A stretch of DNA of 49,770 bases from Catajapyx aquilonaris (taxonomy: Eukaryota). The notes beneath the pieces are model-generated. The model ran no database searches, was not told the DNA's origin, and worked only from the letters and a program-made list of their open reading frames with translations. Below, in pieces: positions 26,655 through 39,400 of this stretch. The stretch is taken from the NCBI GenBank assembly GCA_000934665.2, contig KZ538194.1, forward strand, positions 62,001-111,770, given 5' to 3'. Each line of letters starts with the position of its first letter. Position 1 is the first letter of the stretch. Made by a program: the position numbers and the translations under genes.

Positions 26655-28324
26655 GGGGGGGGGGACAGTAGCATTGCAGCTTATCACGTTTTTTTAACAG
26701 ATCCATCTGACAGGCGGATTTGCACCCAACTTACACCGTCCAGATAATATGAATTTCTGACAACTCTCGGATTATCACATTTAGCTCCCCCCAAAAAAAC
26801 TGTTGGAAAAATCAGATGCCTTGAAAACAACCCCAAAAATTCAACTTTTATCACCTTTTTTGTGGTTGCATGTGCTGGCAAGTAGCAGCTGACAGTAGCT
26901 GCTGCATCCATACCCGTTTGGATAAGGGAGGCTCCACAACAGTTGGGGAAATTGCCTTGCATATCAATTTTGCTTCCAGGGGGCTGCCTGGGTGCTGCTC
27001 CAAAGTGGTCGAAATTTTTTTTTATTCTCCCGTCCCTTCCAGCAGGAAAAGGCATGGGAATATATATAGGGAGAGAAGGAAGCACCTGGGATTTTAGCAT
27101 TGGGAGTTGGACGGAAAGTGGCAGCTTCCTTGGCCAAGATTTCGCCTGGAGTTAGGTCCATCCCTAAGTTTGCCTTTCCAATTTCCAGCTCGCCTTGTAC
27201 GGACAGAAAAACTTATTGGACAAAAAAACATGGGGAGGAAAATATTGCTTAGGGTTACGTTGGCTTGGGACCAAAAAATCGACACCAGACATTTTGGAGG
27301 GGGTGGAAAATTTATGGCTTCATTTCACTTTTAAGCAAAAAAGTAATTATGTAGTCTAATCACGTGTTTCGCCTTTTAAAAAAAGGATGTAGTGTGTAGG
27401 AAGAGCGAATTAATGAAAGTAAGCCAGCCTTTTGTAATGCAAATGGTTGCTGATGTAGGTAAGAATTTCGAAACTTTTTTTTTGTACCGCCATTTTCAAT
27501 GGTAATTTTCGTTTTCCCTTCCTATTTCAAACGGACCCATCACCAAAGTCCCAAAAGGTGGTTCTGAAAATGGGATAGAAACCTACTGGAATCCAGGCCT
27601 TGAACACACAAATCGACAAAATCTGGTCGTAGACACATTTGCGAGGTTAATGAGGCGCGTTTTCACCTGCCACTGACATGAAGTTTTGAAGTGGTGCGAT
27701 AATTAGAATGTCTCCAAGGCGGAGATTCCTCAATTTATCGGCGGCTTTATAGTTTCGAACAGCGATGATTAAATTCAAGAGGAGAGTCGCTCCAACTGAT
27801 TAGGAGATTCGACTTTCGTCTAAAGCTATTCACTCGGAATCTGCAGATTATTTACCTCCTGGAGATACGATATATCGAAAATCGTTGTTGCGTAAATTTA
27901 GTCGTGGGAAAAATTCTCAAAGTCCGCGAATGACGGCGGCGGTATCGAAAGGGATCGAGTTTGTACGATATATCGAAATATGGACAGATTAATGGGCAAC
28001 ATTTACATCGCTGATTGATTTTTTTACGAGATTATCTATCCCCTAATGCAGACCTGATAATCACCCAATGAGAGCATAGAAAAGAGATTAAACTAGCCCT
28101 TCTACCAGACCCATTCACATGTCATGATTTGACATTATCGCTTTATAATCCCGGACCCCCTCCCTCTCCCTCCCTAGCCTCCCTTTCATTTTCAAATCAA
28201 GCCTGTACCGGATCAGTTGTGTTCCGGGACAACAACAGGGTTAGCCGAAAAAAAGGAATATCCGAAACTGCTGTTTAGCGCAGGGTATACATTGGAGAGC
28301 TAGAGAATTTCCATTCGGTCCGGG

Positions 28325-28395
28325 GTAATGTTGGGAGGGGCATTCAAACCCGGTGCCCTCCACGCACAATGCAGATGTATAGGCCACGGGGCACT
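28325..28395 (-). mobile_element. Possible degenerate tRNA-derived SINE head
   Basis: The minus strand shows a partial A-box (GTGGCCTA) and a B-box-like GGGTTTGAATGCCC. It cannot fold as a tRNA. Confidence 0.25.
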
Positions 28396-31300
28396 TGTGT
28401 GCAGAGTACATTAAACAGGAGCACGTGCAGTCAATGGCGGCCTCCGAGTGCTTCATTATCCATGATGGTCATCGCATGGTTGGTGGGCAGAGACCGGGGG
28501 GAGGCTTGCTTTGTGCCATCAGTTGAAAGCTGCCACGCACAGTCACGCTTACCCAACACAGGTATGAACTGAGGGGAAAAAATTAATTTGATGAGCTTTT
28601 AAACAAAGCCCGGAGGTTGCGACCGTTACGCCCGTGTTGACCAATCGGGATAGCCCATGCCTGAGGGAGAACCAATTGGAAGCCAACTCCTACCAAAGAG
28701 TGTGTCACCCTGCAAAAAGGAAGATTCCCTCGTTCGTTTTAATTCCGGAGACAGCGACTCTAATGGCAATGAATGCCGCAATGTTGTAGCATGTCCCTCC
28801 GAGCCTGGTGTATCGATGTGGAGACCCTAAATTATGGGGGTTAGCCAGTCGCATGACAAATCGCTCGCACCGGCAAGATATACCACCGTGATTCATATCA
28901 GGGAAGGAGTGGCAGCCATTTGGGGCAACTAATGACCCGAAAATTAGGGGATGGGTTCCACAAACGGGAACTTCCGTCGCCCTAAGCAGCCATGCAGATT
29001 GGGGACACTGATGGAGAACACAACTGTATTTTGCATGGGTTTTGAGAATTTTTTCTACGACTTATGCCATCATCCCCTTCAGATGTTCCGCTATACAAGA
29101 TGAAATAGAAAATCTCACAATTCGCCCACGAGCAATCATTTACAACTCCATGAGGTAATCAATCTCCCCATGACCCCCCAGCATTAAGATCGCCTCCCAA
29201 CCGGGTTTTCCGCGATCGTACGAAACCTCATCGCATCTCGGATCTGTGAAGCTGCAAAAAAAACCGCTGCAAAAGAAGAAACCTAGGAGAAAAAGAAGAA
29301 GCTGAGGCCAAGTTGGAAATCGAAGGAGTCCGTGAAGCACCTGTTTCCCCTAGAGGACTAGGGATGTGTGATGGCGATGCTCAGAGGGCTATCGGAGCAT
29401 CCTCTATTCGGGCAGGAAGCAGAAGCTGTTTCCATCGGATGGCGCGACCCGAGTGACGGCAGGCAATCAGGAGGATTTTCGCACCACTTGCACAGGAGAA
29501 GCGGGCTCGTTAGGGACTCTTAAAAACCTTCCCCTATTGCTTTTCTGGCGGCGACGATGGTGACGGAGTCTAATTAAAGGGTCACTGCAGGGTCTGCCAA
29601 CTTCGCCTCTAAATGAGTTTCGCACTTGCCACCACCGCCGGCTAGAATTAGTAGATCGACAGCCATCTGACACTCCTATAGCCTGGCTATGAAATCGAGG
29701 GATGCATGTTTATGAGGTGGAGAGTGATTCTTATTCAAGACCCTGACTTTCTTGAATTAGTATGGGCTGAATCATTCATTGGGTTACATTATTACCAATA
29801 CTGGGAGTTCTGACTCACCCTGTGCTGAAGGTTGAGGAGTATAATTTATGTGGGAGTAAAGTTTACATACGAAATTAATTCCTGTCCTATTACGAAGCTG
29901 GACAAATAATATAGCAGGAGTAGATCAACAGAGGTGGTTTATTCTTGCAACACCGATGGGAATGTATGTGTAATCTGCACAAACATTAGAAAATGCTAAT
30001 ATACTGTGCATTTTGCTTGGAGACAGGGCAGGAGTTATGAAACGTTAAGCCGCTAATGTGACCGCAAGCAAAATGTATTGTACGCTACAAACTTGGTGCA
30101 GCTAATTCGTACAAAATATTGCGTTGCTGTAGTTGTCCTTTGTTTTCTAACAATGGTATGTCCAGCAGCTTGGCACATCCCACAACGATCATCGTGGACC
30201 ATACTTTTACGAGCAGGAGTTAAAAATGTGTTAGCAAGAAACAGCACTTAAATGACCAGTTATGACTGAGGGGTAGACTAACATTTGAAATCCCCCTACA
30301 GGCCGTTAAAATCCGGAAGTCTTTAATCCGAATGTGGTGTCCAACTTTAGAGTCTCGTAACGTCAAACTTGCTGGGAGACTAGATGCAGGATTTTGGGAA
30401 GCTCGGACTATAAAATAATGCTGGTAGGTCCGCGATGCGGAATTATTCATAAACCCCCCCAAACTTTACAAAGCGCGTGTAGCAATGGCCCAGTAAAGTT
30501 GCGGTATAAACGTACCCAAATTAGTGCGGAGAAACGTAGCTATCCGCTCAAGTGTGGGTAAGAGAGCGGATTCTACTTTGCTTCTCGTTTCAGATGAATA
30601 CGTAATTCAGGGGAGATATAAATCTTTTGGTGGGCGGTAATTGCGCAAAGGCCGTCGCCTGTTGTGGATATCGATCCTTTAATACCGAGAGTAATTAGTT
30701 CTGGAGGATGGCAGATGGCGTGGAAAAAATATATATATTCATAAAAGTATCAATAACTGAGCTAGGCCTTGTTATCTCAAAATTCAGGGAGGCTGCTTCG
30801 ATTTATGCAAATTTGGGGAAATAAATATCGCAAGCTTTCAGGTTGTTAAAGGTTTATGGGCTATGAAGTCAGAAAGAATAACGCCTGTATTAAGGTGCTT
30901 TGGACGCTAAACAGGGTTCGCATATTTGCATGGTGTGACAGTGTATTCCTACAGGGTGATTCAAAGTCTAGGGTTACAAATATATTGTGGACCACCCTAT
31001 CCTCCATCATAACATGCTGGCATTTAATTCATCTTGACGAGGCATGCCTTGAAAGCCATGCATTGTTGTCTACCCATTATTTTCCCATTTATTGCTAAAC
31101 TGTAAATAAAAATGCTCGCTTCAGTTCGCTACTTTAAAAATATATGACGAAATTTTTTTAAATAGGAATGGTTATCCTTTGTGCTACAAACAACACAGAG
31201 AATTCCGGGTGCTCTCTGCAGCCTTTGCTATCCTCCAGAGCAGCACTGATGTCAGTTAGTAATTAATAAATGGCTGCAAGGCATTCCCTCTCGTAACTAA

Positions 31301-31631
31301 TCAAGCATTGCGGGCCGGAAAGGGGGGGGGGGCTATATCTGCTGACCAGATTTATAGTATACTGTATAACTCATACAAAAAAGGCACTATCTCCCATAAT
31401 GCTGCTGGCCAATTCATCCACTGGTCATCCACCCTTGTCATTTCAAGTCAAAGCCGCTAGTAACCATTCAACCTGGAAGCACTCCCAAAAATTGCACCAT
31501 CTCAAAAATCAAATAGCAACTACTCCATCTATTCTGATCCACAAGAAATATATATAAAAATGGCTTCCTGGAACAGACAGGACTGGGCCACGCACATCCC
31601 GTGATGAAATTTTGCGAATATTTGTAAGCAC

Positions 31632-31671
31632 CTCCCGGGCTTCTATGGTTCCCACCATAGAAGCCCGGGAG
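31632..31671. repeat. Perfect 18-bp-stem hairpin
   Basis: CTCCCGGGCTTCTATGGT-tccc-ACCATAGAAGCCCGGGAG. Confidence 0.95.
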
Positions 31672-34242
31672 AGCTGCAATGCCAAGCCAGCAATCATCCA
31701 TCAAGCTAAAAGCACCAGAGCTTCAAGGCAGGAAAGGCGCGTATTTTGGGGTGAGGCCACAAAAGATGGGGGTCTGAAAAAAACCCCTTCCAAAAATTCC
31801 AGCAAACTATGCTGGGTGCTCGACATGCTCCCAAGACAACCAAGGTTGGTGTGTGTTCTCTTATCGCATCAAAATCGCAGAGATCGATGCCAACAACGGA
31901 CAACCCCTGCTCCACCCCGCCATTTCATTCTCTTGCGGCTTCATCAATAAGCGGTGTCCCCCTGTTCTAGGTGCAAGCCATGCCGCATTACCGTTGCATC
32001 ATAGTAGGACTGTTTGATAAGCGCAGACTGGCGGCCGGCGAAGCACTAAACTAACAGGGGTCTGCATAAGTCTGGGGTAGGAGTGGACCATTCCCAGCAT
32101 GGCTCAGTTCCATACATTTTTTTTAAAATAGCGGAAGTTGCAGATGACAAAACGTGCCATGTTGTGTGCTCATACGGACAAAGCAATGGAGAGCGACATA
32201 TGGAGTTTCTAAAACCCGAGTTCGCTCCCGTGGCGAGGAAACTAAACATTTATTCCGCTTCCGAGTTGGAGCGTTTACATTCATCATATTCCGCGGGAGG
32301 GGACAGCGGGGGCAAATTCGCGCAAATGGGATAAACTCCCTGGTATTCAACGGAGCATGGATGGTCACCTCTGTGATCAAGGAATGTCAAACGCATGCAC
32401 CCCCTCTATTAACCGTTTGATGGAGTGCTTGATTATTGCCCGCCGTTTGCGGTAGCACTTGCTGTTTAAATGTTATTTTAAAATATAGACGTACGCTTTG
32501 TAAAGTTTGGAGGGGATGGGCCTGATCCGTTCATGTGGAATCCGGCTTGTTTAGTTTAATTCAATGGACGCATGTACCAACTCCAGCCCATTCATGACTA
32601 GTTATTTAATTAAGGATGTTTAATTAGTGGCCAATTATTTTTGCTATGTACATGGTAATTAATTTTAAATTTAATTTAACTACTGTCACATTGAATACTG
32701 TGAATATGTGTGGCTCATCCTGTAAATTAGAGGACTGTGCGACAATAGAGGCTCATTGGTCACGCATCCGACAGGATGAGCGACATTTCCCGATCCGTGG
32801 TCAGGTTCTGCTGATGGAAAACCAGTCCTTGGAGCCCCCCAAAAGTACCGGGTGGTTCGCAATGAGGCTAGGCAGTAGAAGGGCAAGCACCTCTCAGCCC
32901 TGAACGATGCTGGGGAATAAAGTAAATCGAGGTCTGGCATAGGGGCCACGGGGCATCCATTGAGTACCGATCACGTATTCCATCAGCCGGAACAGCTCCC
33001 AGTCCGTACCCGTTCGGACACCACGCAACCGCTCATTTTTACGCCCCGATGCACCGCTGACCTTTCACGGTTATATAACCCTGGTGCCACTTTCTCCACC
33101 TTCTTTCGCGAGACCCTCATACATATTTATCCATGGATATTTATCGGCGAATAAGGCTCGACTTGATACCGCGGGGAATACCCCTCACCTTGATTGAGTT
33201 TGAAGGCTGCCTCCAAGAAGTGGAGATTCAGAGGATTACTTGAGGAATATTTATGCCTGCAGTGCGGATGGTACCGACAGAATTGTGGGCATTAACGAGA
33301 GTCATTTAACCATTTTCGAGTTGGAACTTTGGGGGGAAAAGCCGCAGACATATTCGTGGGTTTGAATTAAACAACTGGGTAGGAAGTGTGTCCGAGGTCT
33401 TAACATATTGGGTATCGATCCGTGCTGTAACTGCGCTGAAAATTGCATGCGAATTCGCTTGGGGGGACTATAGAAAAGAATAACTTTTTTGGGAGGAAAT
33501 TACACCCTAGGCTCGTGTCAGTGTATGGGTAACGCAAGGCCTGATGCAGAAGTTTGGGAGGGTTTTAAATATAAAATGTGGACTCAAATATGCTCATAGG
33601 CATATGCCGGATATAGAGTATGGTTAAAAATTGCGAGGTACAGGCTTATCAGAATATTTTTACGATCATTGCAAACGTGGTTGAAGTGGAACGATCAGTC
33701 AAAAGTATTTTGAGATATGACAAAAAATTGTCCAAGTATGTGATTCATTTTTCAAACTGTAATATGCGATATATTCAAGTCAAGGACTGTATTACATAAG
33801 CTGCTAATCACGTCTTGGTTTATTTTATGCATTTATTCATAGGGAGTTCCGGGCATGTTCGCGTGAATGTTATTTATTATTAAGGCATCCAGTGGGCTGA
33901 AAATATCCTGCTAATAATAAAACCGTGCGTGAGATTTGCGTTTTGATGGAAGAGAATCTCCAGGGAACTCATGAGCACAAAAAAAACATCACTTCATCAT
34001 CTCCTGACTGGAAGCACTTTTACTAGTTGCGTGTAAAGAAAGTAGTCGTGCGACTCAAATTATAATGTTTCTTTTGACAAATGCTGTGGGAAGTGGAGCA
34101 AATAACACATTCATGTATACGGTCCCAGAAATCAAAATTGCATTTTTTTTCTCTCTTATTTTATCCAAGTGCCGCTTCTTGCATTTTTTACACCCCTGGC
34201 ATAAATGCTAGGGCTCGTGCCCTGCTTTCCAAACACTGTATA

Positions 34243-34347
34243 CAGGGTGAGTCAACATTGTAGGCGCCCCTGCTGATTCAGACTACTGAAGCAGAAATCA
34301 GCAAATTCTCTGATGAGAATACCCAAAATCTGCAAAGGTTCACCCTG
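34243..34347. mobile_element. Tc1/mariner-type non-autonomous element (MITE), 105 bp
   Basis: TA|CAGGGTGA ... TCACCCTG|TA: short TIRs with a TA TSD. CAGGGTG termini are common in invertebrate ITm elements. Similar TACAGGGTG ends occur elsewhere, e.g. at 30950. Confidence 0.6.
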
Positions 34348-35544
34348 TACTTGGTCACATGTCCGGTCAAAGTGCTTGGGATTAAAACAACGTATTTACC
34401 CAACGTGCTGGCCCAGTTCACCACCTTTCAATGTAAGCCAATCGATTCAGGGGTGAACTGACGCCAAGGATCAAGTAAGTAAGCCCTTCTGCAAGTGTGT
34501 CCTGCAAATGGATTACTTGCGCTGCCTTGTGCTAATAAGACCTTAATCGTTAGAGATAGCCTGAGAGTTTAACGCACGTTCAAACACCCGGTCTATTCGC
34601 AGCCCAACATTTTTTCATGGTGTTGATCAATGTCGTATGAATTTTGCGAATGGCATTTAATTAACCTCTGCTATACTAGAGAGAAGGTAATCCTACAGAA
34701 AACCGTCCTACCTAATGCTTAATTTTATGGCCGAATCGGCTGGCTTAGTTTGCATGGACTTGTAATCCGTTAATGACGGTCCTCTGACTCTCGTTTATTA
34801 CTCTCGTGGGTACCATGAAGCGCTCATATTCCAGCTAAGATTAGTGGAAAAGGTAGGCGAATAGCCTCCCCCGCTTTGCAGGTGCAATGTTAAGTTTTGG
34901 AAGGGGGACAATATAGCACAAAATGCAGCTGAAAAGTAGTACATTCAGGTACTATGTTCTATGAGAGTGTGTGATATATTAGAACACGTGGCATGAACCA
35001 GCTTGTTCATGATCGATTTCTTATATCAGTTGAGGGTTCCCAAGGTGGCATCTGCCATTCTTGTGGATGACATTAGACCATACGCAATCTATCACACTCA
35101 TTAGAAGGGACATCATGCGCAATTAATCACGTCTGGTCGTAAAAGGGTGCATTACCATCATGAAAGACTGTAAGAGTAGGGGGGTTACTCATGAGCTATC
35201 GCTCAAAAATATCCGAACTAATCCCAACTTTTGAGCATAACTGATATAAAAATGTCCCACGTATAATACTGTCGGACGCGTTTGATACCATCAGCGTTAA
35301 GTTTTCCGATAGTTCCACGCTTTGGATCCCCCAGCACCGTGGATCAATCCTGACCAACTAGAGCACATTGATGACTGTCAGTGCGGTAATGAGCTGCGTA
35401 CATTCCTATAAAAACACTGCTACACTAATGGCGTATACCAGGACATCGATGTTATATCTCTAGCATGGGAGCTATTTTTCAGCTCGACCACAATAGTCCT
35501 TCCATGTGACTCGGTATTGACACGCCGGTCGATAATGGAGACGA

Positions 35545-35868
35545 TCCTCTTATTCTCTAATGCAGTAACGCGATTTCTTACGGTCTGATGGCTTGTCGGG
35601 AATTTGAGGATTACTCTGGTAATCTCGTGAAGAAGACAGGTGGAGGGTAGGGAAGAAGTGTCCAAAAATATGCAGGACTTGATGGTTTGTGCAAGAAGTG
35701 CAAGGCAAACTTTGTGTGATTGTTAGCATGAGAGGGCCACGGTCTTATAATACAGTACTGGAAGTGGGCGAAGCCGTGGGCGAAGCCCCACCGCCGAGCG
35801 GAGCGAACAGCCACCAGTAGGCTGCATAAGGCTGGACTATGAGTGTCAGGGGGCTGAACTCCTGCTAG
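35545..35868 (+). mobile_element. Helitron-like non-autonomous element (3' end better supported than 5' end)
   Basis: Ends in a CAGGGGGCTGAACTCCTG hairpin followed by CTAG|T. It contains tandem GTGGGCGAAGCC units (35764-35787) and a GCCGAGCGGAGCGA motif of the kind seen near arthropod Helitron 3' ends. A possible A|TC 5' terminus lies at 35544/35545. Confidence 0.45.
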
Positions 35869-36304
35869 TTAGTAGTTAATAGCTACCAAACTACCAAGTG
35901 TTAAAATTTTAAATTAATAATCTGAATAACCTACAAATTTTCCACGAACCAGACAACAACGTTTGATCATATGATTACCTCAATAAAGCTGTTATTTGCG
36001 AACAAACACATATTGCCATACAATTTGTTGTCCCATGTCCCGGAAAATCACGGTCCAAAGTCGGCTGAAAGGCAACCCCCTAGTTCCCAGAGAGTAATTT
36101 CCGATGGAGTGTCCCGGGGAAACATATTTGGTAGCTTTCATCATTCAACCCGGGCGGAAGGACCAAACGGCGCTGAAGAGCCCTCCTTCCATTTGCATGT
36201 GCGAAAATTGTTGGTGGATACTGTAAAGGCCTAGGGGGGTGACAGATCCCTCCAAGCGATGGCGGTCGTTCATCTTTTTTTCTTTTTTTGGTCCATTTTT
36301 CCAG

Positions 36305-36434
36305 CCTTTGGAGCCTTCGGCGTGGAGTCTTCCTGACCTCCGCTCTGCGTTTTTCTACCGATTTTTCCCTGATAAGATTACGTGGGACAACGCTGAAGTC
36401 GTCTGTCGGAGAAATGGTGGACAGCTAGTGACAA
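36305..36434 (+). CDS. C-type lectin domain gene, exon 2 (PLEPSAWSLPDLRSAFFYRFFPDKITWDNAEVVCRRNGGQLVT)
   Basis: Long polypyrimidine tract plus ccag acceptor, and an A|gtaagt donor (phase 1). The peptide has the CTLD N-terminal pattern Y-x-F...TW..A...C...GG.L. Confidence 0.9.
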
Positions 36435-39400
36435 GTAAGTCTTTTACTCGGCACATTTTTCGGGCGATGGAGTAGTCGTTGGGACGGATGAAAAAAAATT
36501 TGCTGGAAGTTTAATGCCCGTGATGGAAAATGCCTGTTGTTAGAGATTTTTGTTCGAAGGAACAACCAGGGCAGTCAATATTGGCATTGACGTCGATGGT
36601 AGTTAGAAGAAAGTTTTTGGAAGAGGAATTCCTAAAGGCTGTGAATTTCTAATGCAGTCGACGTCATTTGTCATATTGAAAAATTTCGGTTATAAACCCA
36701 TTCGATTGAATAGCCTCCACTTGCACTAAAGTGGAATCTGCAGAGTATGCGAAGGATTCAAATAGCTCTGAAGCATGTCGAGATAGGCAGTGAATTGTGA
36801 CAGTCCACGTCCTCCCAACATCCGCCAAAATGACAGCCATTGGATAGCACTAAATTGAAAAAGAAGAGCTAGCACTATTTGCTGGTGTTATTTGGCTCAA
36901 CAAGCTACCAATAATCGTTGGCACTGATTCGCACCATAAATTATTAGGCTCGTGCAGTAGTCTATTATTACGCTATTTTCAACACAGTGAAAGTGGTATT
37001 GATCCCTGCTGTTGTGCCACCAATGGCATCGACTGTACACGTCTTTTCCGCACTTTATTTATTAGGGGGGATCCGGTGGTTTAATTCAATTGTGGAACGC
37101 ACCCTGCAAAACGTGATTTATAATTGGATCCTCTAACCCAGTTTCGAGCTTTGATGGTCCCCCATCCCTATTATTTTAACACAGTTGTTTGGTCACACCG
37201 ATCCGTCCTCTTCGACCCCTAATTGGACATGGAAGACCACTTTGATAAGGCGTGGCAGCGAAAAACATCCTGTATTCCCGGAATATTGGATCTGAAAGAG
37301 CCCTCCAGGGATCAAATCCCTTCGCGGGAGAGCCCTTCAAGCGGGATATCTGCGCGGAATAGACCTGCGCGGGGTACGCTATTCGGAGCTTAAACCGTCT
37401 CCTGGCTTCCAAGTATGTCCAGTAATGATCGGTGCGTATATTGAACGGTTGGTTTCCTCCCCAGACTGCAAAATTAAAACCGGGGATGAATTAATACTAG
37501 AACGTCAATAGTAACTGCCTGTGGCCGCCGCGAAAGCCAAACAGGATGCATGTCCAATTAATGGCGCCGAGGGAACACCGGATTGTGACATTATTACCCA
37601 CCTCCAGCCTCCAATCTCCCCCATTGCTGATGGATAAAATGTGCTGGTTCCACTTATGCACGCTTCTCTCACGGATAATTAGGGGCTCGGTGCGGGTGCG
37701 AAAATTTTATCATTGTCAATTTGCAAGTCTGCATGTTTCGTGCTCGTTGTGCAAAGCAGGGGGAGAGCTGATTGTCTTGATCGCCCTGGTGTTCATTTCT
37801 CATTCACGAGTGATTGTTATGGGAGGGGGGGGGTCCATCTGGTGTTCGGTGGAGAAGTTACTGTTAATTACAGGTGGGAAATTGGGTTTTTAAATCGAAT
37901 AATTTGGCGGGAGATTGGGCTGTTTATAATTGAGTTTGCTGTATGGTATAACAGGGTGTTCCATAAGAAAACTCCCCTGAAAATGTTGAATAACATATGA
38001 GCTAAACATGGCAACATTCAACATTGAAATGGTCGTGATTTGTCTCTATATACATGTACCGCAATGAAAGCCACAACATATACAAGCTTTGGTCAGTACG
38101 GTTAGAGGAAAAGGGAAAACGTGACCTGTTTAATATGGAATGCCCGCATAATGTAATTTTGTACATTTTAGCGACGGCTAAATTGTTGGACGTTGTAACT
38201 TGGTTTTCGTGCTAGGCAGGATGTTGAAGTGCAATTCCGGTTCTCTCATTTTAGGCGATGTGGAGGGCAAAGATCAAGTCAGTTGGATGTACTTGGCGTG
38301 TAATTTTTCGCCTCATTATTCTTTGTATAATTTGTGCATTCATTACGCTTCGTACAAAAGGACCGAACTACAGACATGAAATGCTGAACGATAAGAATTG
38401 TGTGAGGGCTTAAAGGCGCTTTTAAAAATTCTAGAGGACTAGGATTCATTCTAGAAAGGAAAAAAATAGTGTGTAATATTTTTTTTCCCCTGAACCTTAT
38501 TCAGGAAACTGGCTTTGTTTCCTGCTTGTTTTGTCGTCTCGAAATAACACGGAACAAGAGGTTGCACTAGTTTCTTTCATTCCTTCCCTGTCTACAGCCC
38601 TTTGTGATTCGTCCCTTCTGACCCGGGTAGCAACTATTGTTTGAACAGCAACAATATATAACTCCGTTTTGAAGGCATTGATCCTCCTTTGTAACAGGTG
38701 GCTGAGACAGCCCAAGAAGAGATGGACCAACTCCATTTCTTTTTTTACAAAAATCTATACTGTCGCATGTATATTCTGTCGCGAATACCCAGAAAGACAC
38801 CAATAGTGTATGATGCTGTTCATTGGAGTTTCATCAGAGGTCGTGCACTTCTGGTAAAAGATTAAGCAAGGTACAGTCCTGTTGGGACCGACTCTGGGAT
38901 GAATGTCGAGGAATGTGATGGAAAAGCCCACTCAACCGAAAGGCACGGTCGTCGTCCATAAAAGATGGGATACGGGCTGCTACATTCCTGAGGTCCAAGG
39001 GTAGAACGATGACCTAAAATAGAGAGCAGCTAGTGGCGCTCCCTTTGAATATACCCATCCCGCAGGAATTTAACGGATCACAGGGTCCAGAGGCTGTATC
39101 TTCGGCATGCGAGTTACGTGCCAGTAGGCGTAATACCGGGGATCAATCGGGTGCAATGTTTCATCGTGGATTATGCGATCTTGTGGATTTTATTCGATCG
39201 AATTATGAGCGTCACGTGCGTATCGGGCCGGTTTTACGGCGCCGAAAACGTCAATTCTGGAGTGAATATTTCATACCGGGGGAACCTATAGTAAGAAATT
39301 TTATGGTTGTATCGATTTGAAGTTATGTGCGTCGTATGGTTCAGATGAGCAGACAACTCGCTCATCTCCATTAGGCTCGTAATGTCCTCCAGATCGATCC

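Noticed and set aside
26655..27600. Cluster of overlapping ORFs after the gap
   Set aside because: Homopolymer-rich sequence next to an assembly gap, possibly of low quality, with no recognisable protein.
38690..38975. RQPKKRWTNSI and GRRP*KRW-like motifs as LINE remnants
   Set aside because: Suggestive of RTE 3' ends but too short and degenerate to call without a search.
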